DNA of 63,584 nt, counting the filler, from Reticulomyxa filosa (taxonomy: Eukaryota > Protista > Foraminifera), in assembly GCA_000512085.1 (NCBI GenBank). It is 14 parts of 14 records of this genome, joined end to end, with 100 filler letters (N's around TTAATTAATTAA, not from the genome) between each part and the next. Parts side by side here need not be neighbours in the genome. Positions count along the whole stretch, not along the records: positions 52,563 to 53,996 come from ASPP01007648.1; positions 54,097 to 56,708 come from ASPP01040985.1; positions 56,809 to 61,271 come from ASPP01043214.1; positions 61,372 to 63,584 come from ASPP01008741.1; 10 more parts are not named here. One strand, given 5' to 3'. A model generated the notes under the pieces. The model worked only from the letters and a program-made list of their open reading frames with translations, was not told where the DNA came from and did not search any database. The position numbers and the translations under genes are program-made. This document shows positions 52,587 to 63,584 of this stretch, in pieces; positions within the stretch are counted from its first letter, which is position 1, and each line of letters begins with the position of its first letter.

Positions 52587-53777
52587 GATGCAACGCAAAC
52601 AGATTCTGATTCTGACACCGAGATATCCTTATCCGGTAATAGGTGGTGACAGGCTGCGCATTTATGAAATTTGCAAGGAGCTTGCCAAGTATCACGACTT
52701 GTCGCTCTTGAGCTTGTGCGAGACTCAAGATGAACTGCATTCGGCATTGCCTGATGATGGCGTTTTCAAGCGTATTGAGCGCGTTTATTTGCCAAAGTGG
52801 CAATCATTGTTGAATGTTGCATTAGCCATACCGACTTCTACACCGCTACAGATTGCGTATTATCGCTCAAATGAATTTGCAAGAAAACTGGATGCGTTAG
52901 TGCCTGAGCATGATATGTTTTTTGCACACCTCATTCGAGCCGGAGAGTACCTTAGGGGGCGTGACATTCCTTCAGTTCTGGAAATGACTGATGCCATTTC
53001 GATGAATTATCAACGGATCAGTAAACTTTCCTCTAAAAGGAATTTCAAATCATGGGTTTTCCATTTTGAAGCAAATCGTTTGTTAAGTTATGAGCAGAAA
53101 ATTGTTGATGAATTTCCGCTTGTAACGTTAGTGTCTGATTTTGATCGTGATTTTCTATTGAATGGTAGAGTGCTGGATAACTTGCTTGTATGTTCAAATG
53201 GGGTTGATTTGAGCGCACTGCCCTTTAAGTCGCGAGAAGTAAGTGCTCCCATTGCTGCTTTTATTGGCAACATGACTTCTGTGCAAAATCTTGATGCATG
53301 TTTTTATTTTGCAGAAGAGGTTTTGCCTGTGATACGTCAGCGTTTGGATTGCCGGTTCCGGGTAGTGGGACGAATTAAACCAGGCGACGCAAAGCGGCTA
53401 GAAATGTTCGATTCTGTAGAAGTTGCGAGCAATGTGCACAGTATTGCTGACGCATTGGCTGATGCGCGGGTGGGGGTTGCACCGGTAAGATTGGGGGCTG
53501 GCGTCCAGAACAAGGTTCTTGAGTATATGGCACTCGGTTTGCCTGTAGTTACCTCTACCGTTGCTCTGGAAGGATTGCAGGCTATGCCGGAGCGTGATCT
53601 CTTAGTAGCTGACCGGCCTGAGGAGTATGCGGCGGCACTTTTTGCGGTTGTGGCAAGATGATACTCTGCGAGGTTCACTGGCGCAGGCAGGTTTGAAATA
53701 TGTAGAAGAGTACCATTCGTGGCATCAGCGCCTGATGCCTATGGGTAGAGCGAATTAACCGTATTCTCGCTGATTAA
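52587..53777 (+). CDS. Bacterial GT4 (glycosyltransferase group 1) surface-polysaccharide sugar transferase
   Basis: Intronless. Motifs LILTPRYPYPVIGGDRLR, FIGNM..QNLDA and VAPVRLGAGVQNKVLEYMALGLPVVTS (EX7E-type region). The C-terminus continues past homopolymer slips (T-run 53639-43, G-run ~53743) as LLRLWQDDTLRGSLAQAGLKYVEEYHSW..RILAD* to 53777. Confidence 0.92.
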
Positions 53778-53815
53778 TATATTGCGCATTTTTGAGAAAA
53801 ACCGCCAGCATTGCG

Positions 53816-53845
53816 AATGCCAGTCAGCGTTAACTGACTGGCATT
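53816..53845. terminator. Perfect 12-bp inverted repeat between convergent bacterial genes; probable terminator hairpin
   Basis: AATGCCAGTCAG-cgttaa-CTGACTGGCATT lies between the GT4 stop and the MarC stop. There is no clean adjacent U-tract. Confidence 0.55.
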
Positions 53846-53864
53846 ACCCCCTCGGGGCGATTTT

Positions 53865-53996
53865 TTACGCCAGTTTTTTGATGTAGGCAGCCACGCCGCC
53901 AAGCAGCATTTCAATGGAAATGGCGGTCAGTACCAGGCCCATCAGGCGTTCCAGCGCGGTGATGGCTTGTTCGCCCAGCGCGCGGTGGATCTTGCC
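53865..53996 (-). CDS. marC: MarC-family inner membrane protein, C-terminal fragment (bacterial)
   Basis: GKIHRALGEQAITALERLMGLVLTAISIEMLLGGVAAYIKKLA* matches the MarC C-terminal signature (R.MGL.L..I.VEM...G). Codons are GC-rich. Confidence 0.85.
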   Translation of the reverse strand, partial: GKIHRALGEQAITALERLMGLVLTAISIEMLLGGVAAYIKKLA

Positions 53997-54309
53997 NNNN
54001 NNNNNNNNNNNNNNNNNNNNNNNNNNNNNNNNNNNNNNNNTTAATTAATTAANNNNNNNNNNNNNNNNNNNNNNNNNNNNNNNNNNNNNNNNNNNNCAGT
54101 ATTCTGGCTTGGATGAAACAATTTAAAGCATTTTTTGGTTCATCCAAATGAAAAAAATTTAAAGAATTGATAAAAAGTAGGACTATTCTCTTTTTCATTT
54201 TCTTCTGTTGTTGCAAGACAGCTACTTTCAAATGAACATTTGAAATTTTGCGAAAATAGGTCACAAGTCATATTTCGGTTGGCATTAATTGCCAATCACA
54301 ATTTTTGAA

Positions 54310-56240
54310 CATCAGTTAAGAATTTACACAATTATCTAATAAGCGAACGATAGCGGCATCTTTGTCAATAGCCTCCAACACAGCCCTTTGGTCAAGCGCT
54401 CCTTCGGCCACTGCTGTTATCACAAACGCCGCTACTGAAGCAAGTGATACGCTGTCACGTAATCAACAGCTGGAGGTGGAGCTAGAAACTGGAGCTGACA
54501 CACTTGGACAAAAAATTGCTGAAATTGGATACTCTTATTGAAAATACAGATGACAGGCCTAAAAAGGACAGAGGCACATCCATCAAGTTTTTGATTTCCA
54601 AGGGATGCTCTTGCAATCCTTTTTTTTGCCTTTTTCTCTTCATTCTCTTCATCCTGTTCATATCCTTTGGATCTGTTTATTGGGTCTCAAAATACCACCA
54701 TCATTGTCATTGTCCTCCCTATCGCTATCATACCCAGATTTTCCTCGACGATGTATCTTATGCCAATGATATTTGCGTTTCCTCGACAAATGTCTGGGTT
54801 CTGAATTTTTTTTACCATTTATGGAATATATGTATACATATATTCAACAATCTCACATATCAAATAATTTTTTTTTTAAAAAAAAACAAACTATTTTTGA
54901 CACCAATTCGTTTTTTTGTTCGTCGGGCTGCAAATCATTGTCATCGTCTTTACCATCGATGGAGCCTTCAGGCGCGCCCAAGGGCTTGGCATTGATTCTG
55001 TACATCCGATTCAGGACGAGCGTGATGGTGCGTCCGACGACGTGTTCCATGCGTTCCAGCCACAAGGGCTCGTCCTCTTGCTTCGTCTTTGGGTCGGTGA
55101 GGGACAGGCAGTCATCGTCGCCGCAGCCGCGCCAAGAGTATTGCGGTGACGGCGGGAAGGCAAATTGCCAAGGCATCTGGTACGACGAAAAAGCTGGCGG
55201 CGCATACGGATGAGAATGCACAGTTGAATGTGCATGCGTATGCGTATGTGGATGGTAATTCCAATGTGGAGAATAATTATAGTTAAACCATGACCATGGC
55301 TATAGCTATGATTATGATCATAGTCTTGTGAATGAAAAGGATATTGAGATTGATAAAATGGATGATGTGGATATACATACATTGATCCACTTGCTTTATT
55401 CCATTCATCTGTTCAATCCATTTGTTCAAACAAACAACAAATAACAGATTAACAATAAGTCTGAAAATGTTATTGCATTTGCAAAACTTTTTTTTTTTTG
55501 GTATACATTACATCCGGTATTGTAAGCCGTTGTTGTTGTTGTCGTTGTGGTAATAGTCATAACTACTCTCGTGACTTGCCGTAAGTAGTTGTTCTTCATC
55601 TTTTTTTTTAAAAAAAAAAACAATTAAAAAAATCCACTTTGTGGAAAATCACATGTGTGCTGTGTTTTTTTTTTTGAAAAAAGAAACTTTTTTTTGTGAA
55701 GGCAGATCTCTGCTGGCTTGTTTCGAATCGCTAGTGTCTTTTGCTTTTTTGGGACCGAAAGAAGGGACGGCAGACACATGGAACTTTAGCTTGAACTGTT
55801 CACGAAGACTTGGGCGCGATGTGAGTCTTGAATTCTCCTGCTTGCCTACTTTCTCGCGCTCTTTTTCGTCGCCTTTCCATTTGTCATTGTTACCAACACT
55901 TGCAATTTGCGGTTTGTTGGTTGTCTTGTTTGGCGTTGTCGATGTCAATGTCATTGTAGTCTTGCTGTTGTTGATGTTACTGCTGCTTGGTGTCTTTTCG
56001 GAATCGAGTGGGTTACATATTATACACTCAGCATCACCGCTACGCAGTCTCATCATTGGATACTTTGATTTTTTTTTTCCCAAATGTTATTGCTGTTACT
56101 GTTGTTGGAGGGTAGGAAAAGATTACACAACACCTGACAGCTGGGACAATGCTCGGCCAACATCATCCAACCTTGCAATAGCAACACATCCATACACTGC
56201 GAAGCGAGACTCGTTTGCCCCAACATCTTTTCCCATGCTT
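54310..56240 (-). CDS. Hypothetical multi-exon low-complexity protein, partly frameshifted
   Basis: Exon-like ORFs at 56083-55649, 55382-54853 and 54800-54310 are separated by poly-A/T introns. No recognisable domain. Confidence 0.35.
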
Positions 56241-56808
56241 CCTCATCCTAGCCCAGGGAATTTGAAGCATTTATCTCTTTGTTCACATGATCATTACCTG
56301 ACATTATGTTTATTTTTTTTAGAGTTTTTTTTGTTAAAACCCTGTGTGTGTGATTAACTTAGAAACAAATCAACATGTTCACTTTTTTTAAATATGTTTT
56401 AATAGATTGATTTCTTTGGTGAAGACACAGCAGAAGAAGAAAATGAGAAAGAAAGCAACAGCATAAGCGACAGTATTTTTACTAATCTCCTTTCGAATGA
56501 GTTTGATTATTGAAAAGCAAAATTAGCAAGCTGGTTTTGAGCGATTTAAAACTTTATTGCATTGAAATGCAAGTTGATCAATAAATACCGCTTGAATATA
56601 ATAAAGAATTTACCTTGTAAAAAAAGAACAATTGAATAGAGTCCAAATATGAATGTTTTAGGAATTAAATTGGATTGTAGTAATTAAGTGAGTATTGAAA
56701 GAAAAAAANNNNNNNNNNNNNNNNNNNNNNNNNNNNNNNNNNNNNNNNNNNNTTAATTAATTAANNNNNNNNNNNNNNNNNNNNNNNNNNNNNNNNNNNN
56801 NNNNNNNN

Positions 56809-58935
56809 CATGTCGTTGTTCAGTTTGGCCAATTGCTGACTTATTTCCATCAATATTTCTTTTATTTCTTCATTTATTGAGTCTTTTTTTGTATAGTTGA
56901 TGTTGAGTTTGTCTTCTTGGTTTATTCTAATGTATCCATCAAATTCTTTGTATTCTTGTTGTTTTTTTATTTTAATGTCTATTTTTCCTTGTACATCGTC
57001 GATCATTTTCTTTTGTAATGTAGTTTGCATTCTATGATATATTTGGTTGACTATCCAGTTGTATGTTTTAATATTGTTTCTATTAAGTTTCTTTTGAAGA
57101 TTTTGTAGTTTGATTGTAAGTGTCATGATTGATAAGCTAAGTTCTTTTACTAAGTATGTTATGTTTACTGTTGTAGTTGTGATCATTTGTTTCTCTTTTA
57201 TTATGTTCATTCTTTTGAGTATTTCTTTTCTTATATCTGGTGCAGTTATTTGTGCTGTTGGTATACTTATACCATAAAGTTTATTAGTTGTTTTTATTAT
57301 CAAGTTATATACATATATCATTTCACTAATGACTTTTTCGCTTGTTTTAATTATTTCTTTAGTATTATATTGAAATTTGTTATTAGTGTCTTCGTCTATT
57401 TCTATATTTTCTTTGTCATTTATCAGGTTTTTTATGATTTTGGCTGTTAGGTTAAGCGGTTTGCCCCATCTTTCTCTTTCATTTGTGTTAATTGCCAAAA
57501 TTTCACCAATTTCCCTGGGATCGTTAATGATGATGCCATTTCTTTCTTTCACATTCCATTTCACGATTTTTTCTAGATATTGATTTCTGTTAATATTTCC
57601 TTTTTGTAAATCATTTATTGTTTCTTCGTATTTTATGGTAAATTCTTCCATGAAATTTAGTAGTTCTTCTACTTTGTTGATTTCTTTGTCTGTTGTGATA
57701 TCTATTTCTACTTTGCTTTCTAGTTCTTTTGTTTTGTTTTCTGTTCTATTTTTATTATCAATTTGTTCTAATAGCATTTGGGATAGTTCTTTGGTATTTG
57801 GATCTTTGTTTTCAGTTTCTTCTACTACTTCTTGTAGCAATTGGTTGTATGTATTACTTTGTATGTCGTTTGATCCTTCAGTTGTTTGACCTTTATTAGT
57901 TATTCTTGATGTATTTGTGTTGTTGCTTCTTATTGGAATAGTAGTTGTGTTGTTACTGATCAGGTTTTGTTCTAGTCTTTGTTTTCTTTGTATTTCACTC
58001 CTTATTTTCTGGAGTTCATGACTTCTTTTTTGTTTTCTAAGTTGTGATATTTGTTCTGTTTTCTTGTTTTTAATCGTATTTAGCCAGTTTTGGTTTTGGA
58101 ATTCTCTGTTTTCTTTTAATTGGACTAACCTAATGTTGTTATTTCTGATGTTTGAAGTGACCTTTAGTTGCTCTTGATGATTATATTTTCTGCTTTCCAT
58201 TAATGTATTAATTTTGGTTTCTGATATTCTATACCATATCTCCATTTCTTCGTTATTTTTCTTTTCTTTGATAATTTTAATAACTTTCCTGTCTTGAATT
58301 ATTTTGTCTAAGTTTATTTTTTCTTCTAGGAATTTTTTTATGTGAATTACGATAATTTTATATGTAATTCCTGTTATGGTTGATATAAGTATATTACCCC
58401 AATTTTTTGCAATTTCTTTTAGCCAGTTTTGTTTGACTGATACAATGACTTTTCTGTTGTTATTATCTATAGTTAGATTTAGCCCTTGTGTTTCTTTCAG
58501 CCATTTGATACTTAATTCTTTTCCTTGTATGTCTGTGACCCTGTTTGTTTTGAATGTTTCATTTTCATTATTTTTTATTTCCCATGCTTCGTTCCATTCT
58601 ATGTCTTGTATTTTTATTGTCATTCCTATTTTTTGCTTGCTGGCTTTTTCTGCGAAAATGATTTTCTCGGATTCTATTTCTATATCATTGTTCTGTTGGC
58701 TAGTGTTTTTCCTGGAGTCGTTTTTTCTGGAGTCATTTTTTCTAGTAGATTGGTCTGTGTTTTCGGAGTCGTTTTTACTGGTAGACTGGTCTACATTTTT
58801 TCCAGAGTTACTTTTTGTATGATTATCTCCTGTTTTTTTATCATTATTATTAATAATGTCTGTTGTTTGGTTTTGTTTTTTTTTAGTTTGTTGTTCTGTA
58901 GATATTGGTATGTCTTGTCTTGTATTTTCTGTCAT
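56809..58935 (-). mobile_element. Penelope-like retroelement ORF, long N-terminal region running into the RT (3' truncated by the contig end)
   Basis: Intronless, strongly A-rich coding strand, more than 700 aa and K/N/I/E-rich. KLYGISIPT (~57257-57283) resembles the PLE L.KGL.F.PT motif. YIRINQEDKLN (~56902-56934) resembles the I.I..ADKG motif that precedes PLE RT cores. Confidence 0.5.
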
Positions 58936-59633
58936 TTCTTAATTTTTACTAGTTAAAAAATTTTTTTCCCGAAAAGATTTTTTCTTTTTCTTGCTAGTTG
59001 AGTTTTTTGTGTAATAGGTTTTCTTCTTTGCAGTATTACTATCGTCCTGTTCAAGTTTAAAACGTATTAATGTGGAAAACCTTTATTACACTTTGTGGTT
59101 TTATAAAAATAACTTACGCAAAATCGCACTTAAGGTAAAAGGTTAGTAAAAAAATTAAGTAAGTTTAAAAAGAGTTATTTTTTGTTTAATTCCCCTTGAA
59201 CTTCTGTTTTTAGTTTTTTCAGTTCTTAAGTCCTTTTTTCGTATTTTTCTGTAAATTCTTTCGCTTTATTTATCAATGTTAATGATTTGTAATCGATTTT
59301 CCCGTCTTGATCTGTGATGCCTAACTATAGTTTTCTTTTTGCTAATCAGTATTGTGTTTTATTTTGGTTTAGCTATTTTAATACTTTATTAGTTTCTTTA
59401 TTTGAACTTTATTTGTTAAGTTTGGGTAATCCCTTGTTTTATTTAGATTTTATAAGTTCAGTTTTATGTTCAGTTTTAGTTTTTGTGTTTGTGTTTGTGT
59501 TTTGTTGTGATAACCATTTTGTTTGTTTGTTGTTACTGTTGGATTGTGCTTTTTTTGTGATTATTATTTATTTTTATGTTAAAATACTTTAACCAATTAT
59601 TGTTAAGTACTTTTATTTGTATATGTTTTTCGT

Positions 59634-59740
59634 TTTTGGTGTTCATTAATTTCGTTTCTGGGTATGCGTATTATTTTTGTGTTCACTAGTTTCGTTTCTA
59701 AGTATATGTGTTTTTGGTGTTCACTAGTTTCGTTTTGGGC
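59634..59740. repeat. Three imperfect tandem copies of a ~39-bp unit (core GTGTTCACTAGTTTCGTTT)
   Basis: Cores start at 59639, 59679 and 59717. Confidence 0.85.
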
Positions 59741-59749
59741 ATATTATTT

Positions 59750-60900
59750 ATATGTTTAATGTGATTTGTCTACTTGAGTTTATTCAACTTATAATTCTAT
59801 ATATGTTGTGTATTCATTTGTTGATTCATTTTATCTTTGTTTTTAATATTTTATTTATTCTTCTTCTTCGTCTTTAGTATCATATTCTTATGTTATGTTA
59901 TATTTTACTTATATTCTAGGTAATGTTTCCCATTATTTCTTCTGTTCTTTCTTTCTTTTTCTTGTATTCTTCAGTATCCATGTTGATATATTCAAAATTT
60001 TTTCCTACTATTTCCTTTTTGTATCCGCATTTAATAAATTCTTTAATTACGTTGATTATTTCAATGTCGTAAATATTTTTATTTGGGGTTAATCTGATCA
60101 ATATGTCTCTTATTATAGTAATCACTTGTGATTTCCATTTCCTTACACCTGATGTTCCTGGATTAGCATATCTTTGTACAATGTCTGTTTTTAGTTTGAT
60201 GTACTATGTGAAATCATTTTTTTCTAGATTTTTTTTTTGATTTCTTCTTATGTTTGCTACATTTTGTAGTTTTGTCTTTATATTATTGATTTCTTCATTT
60301 TCTTTTTTTAAGTTGTTTTGTATTTCTTTAATGTATTCTCTTATTTATTCTATTCTTTCCTTTATTGTCCCTTGCAGTTCTTTGTATGTTTCATTTGTTA
60401 GTCTGAAGTTGGGTCTAAGTAAGTTTGAGTATTCATCGGTTTCTTCTTTATTTTCTTGATTAATTCAGTTTAGTTCCCTTTTTAATTCTTTGCTTTTATT
60501 CTTTTGTGAATTATCTCATTTTTACCATTTTTATTTGATATGGAAAGCCATGTGAGTTGACTTAGTTTCACGTTTTGTTTATTTCATCATTTAGTTTTTC
60601 TATTGTATTAAGATCATTATGACTTAATTCTGCTTTGTATTTCCTGTTTTTATTTTTATTTCTAGTTTACCATTTTTTAATTCTAACGTTCTATCATTAC
60701 CATATTGTCCGTAATTATCTGTTTCAATTGTGAGATCAATATATTTTGTAATGTGCTTTCATTAATTTCTAATTCACAGTTTCAATATATTTGTTCTAAA
60801 TCTTCTTTTATAAATTTGTCAATTCAATATGTTTCTTTTTGTTTGTTTTTGTCAAAAAAAATTCATCTCAATTATTTTTATTTCATCCCTCTGATCTATT
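59750..60900 (-). mobile_element. Decayed upstream Penelope-like RT copy (thumb/C-terminal region), no endonuclease visible
   Basis: DFT*YIKLKTDIVQRYANPGTSGVRKWKSQVITIIRDILIRLTP..EIINVIKEFIKCGYKKEIV resembles the PLE post-RT pattern Y.K.T....Y....S.HP...K......R..........E...I...L..NGY...I. It has the same A-skew as the downstream ORF and many stops. Confidence 0.55.
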
Positions 60901-60919
60901 TGAGAATTTTTAAAAAAAA

Positions 60920-61271
60920 ATGAGCGCCGAGACCATGCATCGATTGGTGTTATTGGCCCGAGCGAAAGCGAAAAAGAAGCAAGAGCAGCATAGTCGAACG
61001 CGCTCAGGTACTCGTGGGCATATACGTGCAGGTTCGAAGCAGCTATATCGAACGAAGACGATAACGAATGTGAACGACGGTGCTCCAAATGCGAACGAGG
61101 ACATGGCAGCAGAAAGAAAAGTGGCAAAGCGATTAATAGCGACTCACAAAGTGACAGAAGTGCCGCCATTGCAAGTGCGGAGTTTTTCACTTCCTCATCC
61201 GGGGTCTCCTTACGATAATGACACCGACACTGACAATGACAACAACAGTGCCGATGGTAACAAACCGAAAA
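60920..61271 (+). CDS. Fragment of a host protein exon (basic/low-complexity)
   Basis: Open frame of higher GC than the adjacent retroelement DNA, running to the contig end. Confidence 0.4.
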
Positions 61272-61499
61272 NNNNNNNNNNNNNNNNNNNNNNNNNNNNN
61301 NNNNNNNNNNNNNNNTTAATTAATTAANNNNNNNNNNNNNNNNNNNNNNNNNNNNNNNNNNNNNNNNNNNNCCCCCCCCCCCCCTTCTCTCCCTCGTTTT
61401 TTTTTTTTTTTTGTCTTGTTCTTCCCATGACAATAACGTATACGACAATATCAATACGTATACTTCTATTCGCCATTGGCAATCTTATGTTTGTGTGCA

Positions 61500-62381
61500 A
61501 AAAAAAAAAAAATGCAGATACGTGTGCAGCAGCCGCCATTTGCGTTTGGTAGACATGCGCCATCGCCAAAAGATAATCGATCGCACGCGTCGCAATCCGA
61601 GAAAGAGACGACAGACACGGAAGACCAAACAACAAAAGAAAAGCCGGAAGACGAACATCACCCGTCGGGCCATCATCGGTCGAACAGCTCAAGTGAGTCC
61701 GTGTATAGCAATTCGCAGCAACACGATCAGTGTGCGTATCCGAACAGCAAGTATGGTCATCGCAGAAATACCAGCTTCAGCTATCGCAACAGCGATGGCC
61801 AGCTGGTCACTGTCCAGGTACAACGACAATTGTCGCGATCAAAGAAGGACACTATGTTGACCAACAACCAAGTGGAATTGGTCCAGGCCATGACAAGGTC
61901 CAATGATGAGGAGACAAAACTGGCTCATATATCATTTCTTTTTCCCCCCTTTTTTTTTTTTTTTCAAAAAAAAAAAAAACAAGGTACCACGATCCGACAC
62001 AACAACAACAACAAAAAAAATAGACACACATTACTGAATTTTGTTGTTATTGTAATGACGGTCTCATTTACCTCTGCGGTAATTGTGCGGTTCATGGCGG
62101 TCAAACGGATCTCCTTTGATCGTACTCAACACCGATTTGAAGTGTGGATTCAAACATTGTTCTTATTTTTACATAACGTTGTCAATGTCATATGCATTTA
62201 TTTCAATTTGGATTTCACCAAAAAGCACTACTTGCGCTGTTGCAATCCTTGCGACTACATGTGCGAGTATTGTGGAATTACTATTTCTGAACATTTCATT
62301 CGTTATCGATTGCAAAAAACAGCCTCCATTACAGGTGGGCAAGCTACTGAGCCACGTTTAAGTACTATTCGAGAAGAGTGA
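61500..62381 (+). CDS. C-terminal part of a multi-pass (7TM-like) membrane protein
   Basis: A long polar loop is followed by two TM segments (LLNFVVIVMTVSFTSAVIV; IQTLFLFLHNVVNVICIYFNL) and a Cys-rich tail YLRCCNPCD. A probable intron lies at ~61922-62023. Confidence 0.55.
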   Translation, partial: KKKKMQIRVQQPPFAFGRHAPSPKDNRSHASQSEKETTDTEDQTTKEKPEDEHHPSGHHRSNSSSESVYSNSQQHDQCAYPNSKYGHRRNTSFSYRNSDGQLVTVQVQRQLSRSKKDTMLTNNQVELVQAMTRSNDEETKLAHISFLFPPFFFFFQKKKKQGTTIRHNNNNKKNRHTLLNFVVIVMTVSFTSAVIVRFMAVKRISFDRTQHRFEVWIQTLFLFLHNVVNVICIYFNLDFTKKHYLRCCNPCDYMCEYCGITISEHFIRYRLQKTASITGGQATEPRLSTIREE

Positions 62382-63046
62382 CTCAGTTGCTTTCTTCTTT
62401 TTTTTTTATTTGAGGCTTGGCTTTGTTTTAATTTTGACTTTTTTTCTCTTTCTTTAATTTTTTGCAATGTACATGTTATTTCGATGGAATATATTAAGAC
62501 GAAATGGTTAGCTTTTATTGCGAGTTCAATGCTCATCGTTGATGTCAAAATAATTCACATAATCAAAAACTGCAATACTAAATACTTGCAACCTTCAAAA
62601 ATCAGAGTCATCTATTTCACACCTCTTCCACTCTACTAGTTTTATCCAAACAAAAGTAACTTTATTACATCTTTTGCAAATAAATCCAGGTCGATACATT
62701 TAAAGCTTTTTTTGTAAAAGTATGTTAGTATGTGTGATGTTAATATTAATATCTCATTTTTAAAAGTAGTACAAATATTTAAAAGAGCAGTAAAATAATG
62801 TAATGTAATTTAGTATATTTACAACAATTAGTTGCTTGGAAAAAAATAGACAAACACAAAGCGTACATGTATTTCGAAGAAAGGGAAAAAATAAGCCACT
62901 TGTATGATCATAAGAGCGTCACACTTCAGAGAAAAATCTAATTCAAATTGGCCAAATTCTTTATGTTTACAATAGATTAAATTGTATTTTGCACTATCGT
63001 AAGTTTCTCAAACTTTTTTTTAAAAATAAAAGCTCCTTAGAAATCT

Positions 63047-63552
63047 ATGACCGAGCCAATTTTTGGAAAAAAGCGGCAACGATCAGACCTAATTCATGAA
63101 AAAGAATCAACATCTACAGATGTGTTAGCAGTTCCTCCAGCAAAACGAAGTCGATTGAATGAGGATCGTCAAGAGCTGCAGGCGTCGATAACAAATCAAA
63201 AAAGTGAACAAGCGTCAGCGGCTCAGGAAGAGAGCGAAGAAGAAATTGTGGCTAGTAGCGACGACGGTGGCGGCAATGAAAAAGAACCAGCCCCACAAAG
63301 TTAATTCTTTCAACATCAATAACTTGTCGAGGTTCAAAAGGGGCAAAAAAAAAAAAACCAAAAAAAATAAGGGATGGGATGGGGACATTAAAAAAAAAGA
63401 ACTTGAAGGGTTGGACGCCTATGAAAAGATTGATCGATTAGGAGAAGGCACATATGGGATTGTGTACAAAGCAAAAGACCGCAGAAATGGGAAAACTGTG
63501 GCACTAAAAAGGACACGAGAGACATCAGACATGGAAGAAGGAGTTATCAGTT
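63047..63552 (+). CDS. Cyclin-dependent kinase with acidic N-terminal extension (3' partial)
   Basis: Exon 63047-63299, intron 63300-63408, then LDAYEKIDRLGEGTYGIVYKAKDRRNGKTVALKR..EEGVIS, containing the CDK Gly-loop GEGTYG and VALK. Confidence 0.88.
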
Positions 63553-63584
63553 GTATGAGCAGTCTTTTTTTTTTTTTTTTTTTT

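Noticed and set aside
52463-54096. HGT of a bacterial glycosyltransferase into the protist genome, or any gene-cluster 'system' spanning neighbouring genes
   Set aside because: The neighbours lie on different contigs joined by artificial spacers, so no physical linkage is shown.
58355-58395. GITYKI as an N-terminal GIY-YIG nuclease (Chlamys/Naiad-type PLE)
   Set aside because: No YIG/YVG motif follows at the expected spacing, and no catalytic R/E pattern is visible.
59634-59740. CRISPR-like mini-array
   Set aside because: Only three units, spacers of about 20 nt that resemble each other, no cas genes, and a eukaryotic retroelement context.

Overview
This window is not one locus. It is 14 separate contigs joined by an artificial 100-nt spacer (N44-TTAATTAATTAA-N44), so adjacency across a spacer means nothing. 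Thirteen contigs are AT-rich eukaryotic DNA. Their microsatellite- and homopolymer-laden introns, 'W.R....GWI.EF' family N-terminus, TRAF/Gly-rich protein and 'LN.KQL..VF.CL' helical-repeat pseudogene resemble the foraminiferan Reticulomyxa filosa; this assignment is inferred from style and was not searched. One contig (52563-53996) is bacterial and carries a GT4 glycosyltransferase and a MarC fragment. Recognisable eukaryotic genes are an RNF213/mysterin-like C-terminus with a degenerate RZ finger, a SNAP-25-like Qc-SNARE end, a HEAT-repeat protein, Sec6/EXOC3, a VPS9 GEF, MCM10, an AGMO-like gene, a sphingomyelinase-like EEP enzyme, a RING/TRAF-Gly-rich protein, a Cys-rich membrane protein and a CDK. 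The most interesting items are: (i) a tandem, apparently endonuclease-less and highly divergent Penelope-like retroelement (56809-60900); (ii) an unassigned ~300-nt structured RNA candidate with Pol III-like flanks (11460-11756); (iii) a six-exon gene joining Tudor-knot-like, C2H2 and AP2 domains (46290-48993); (iv) a structured GC-rich leader before a decayed ORF1-like frame (8634-9600); and (v) a 17-kb contig of directly and inversely duplicated surface-protein pseudogenes. All domain calls come from motif recognition by eye, and all exon models are manual.
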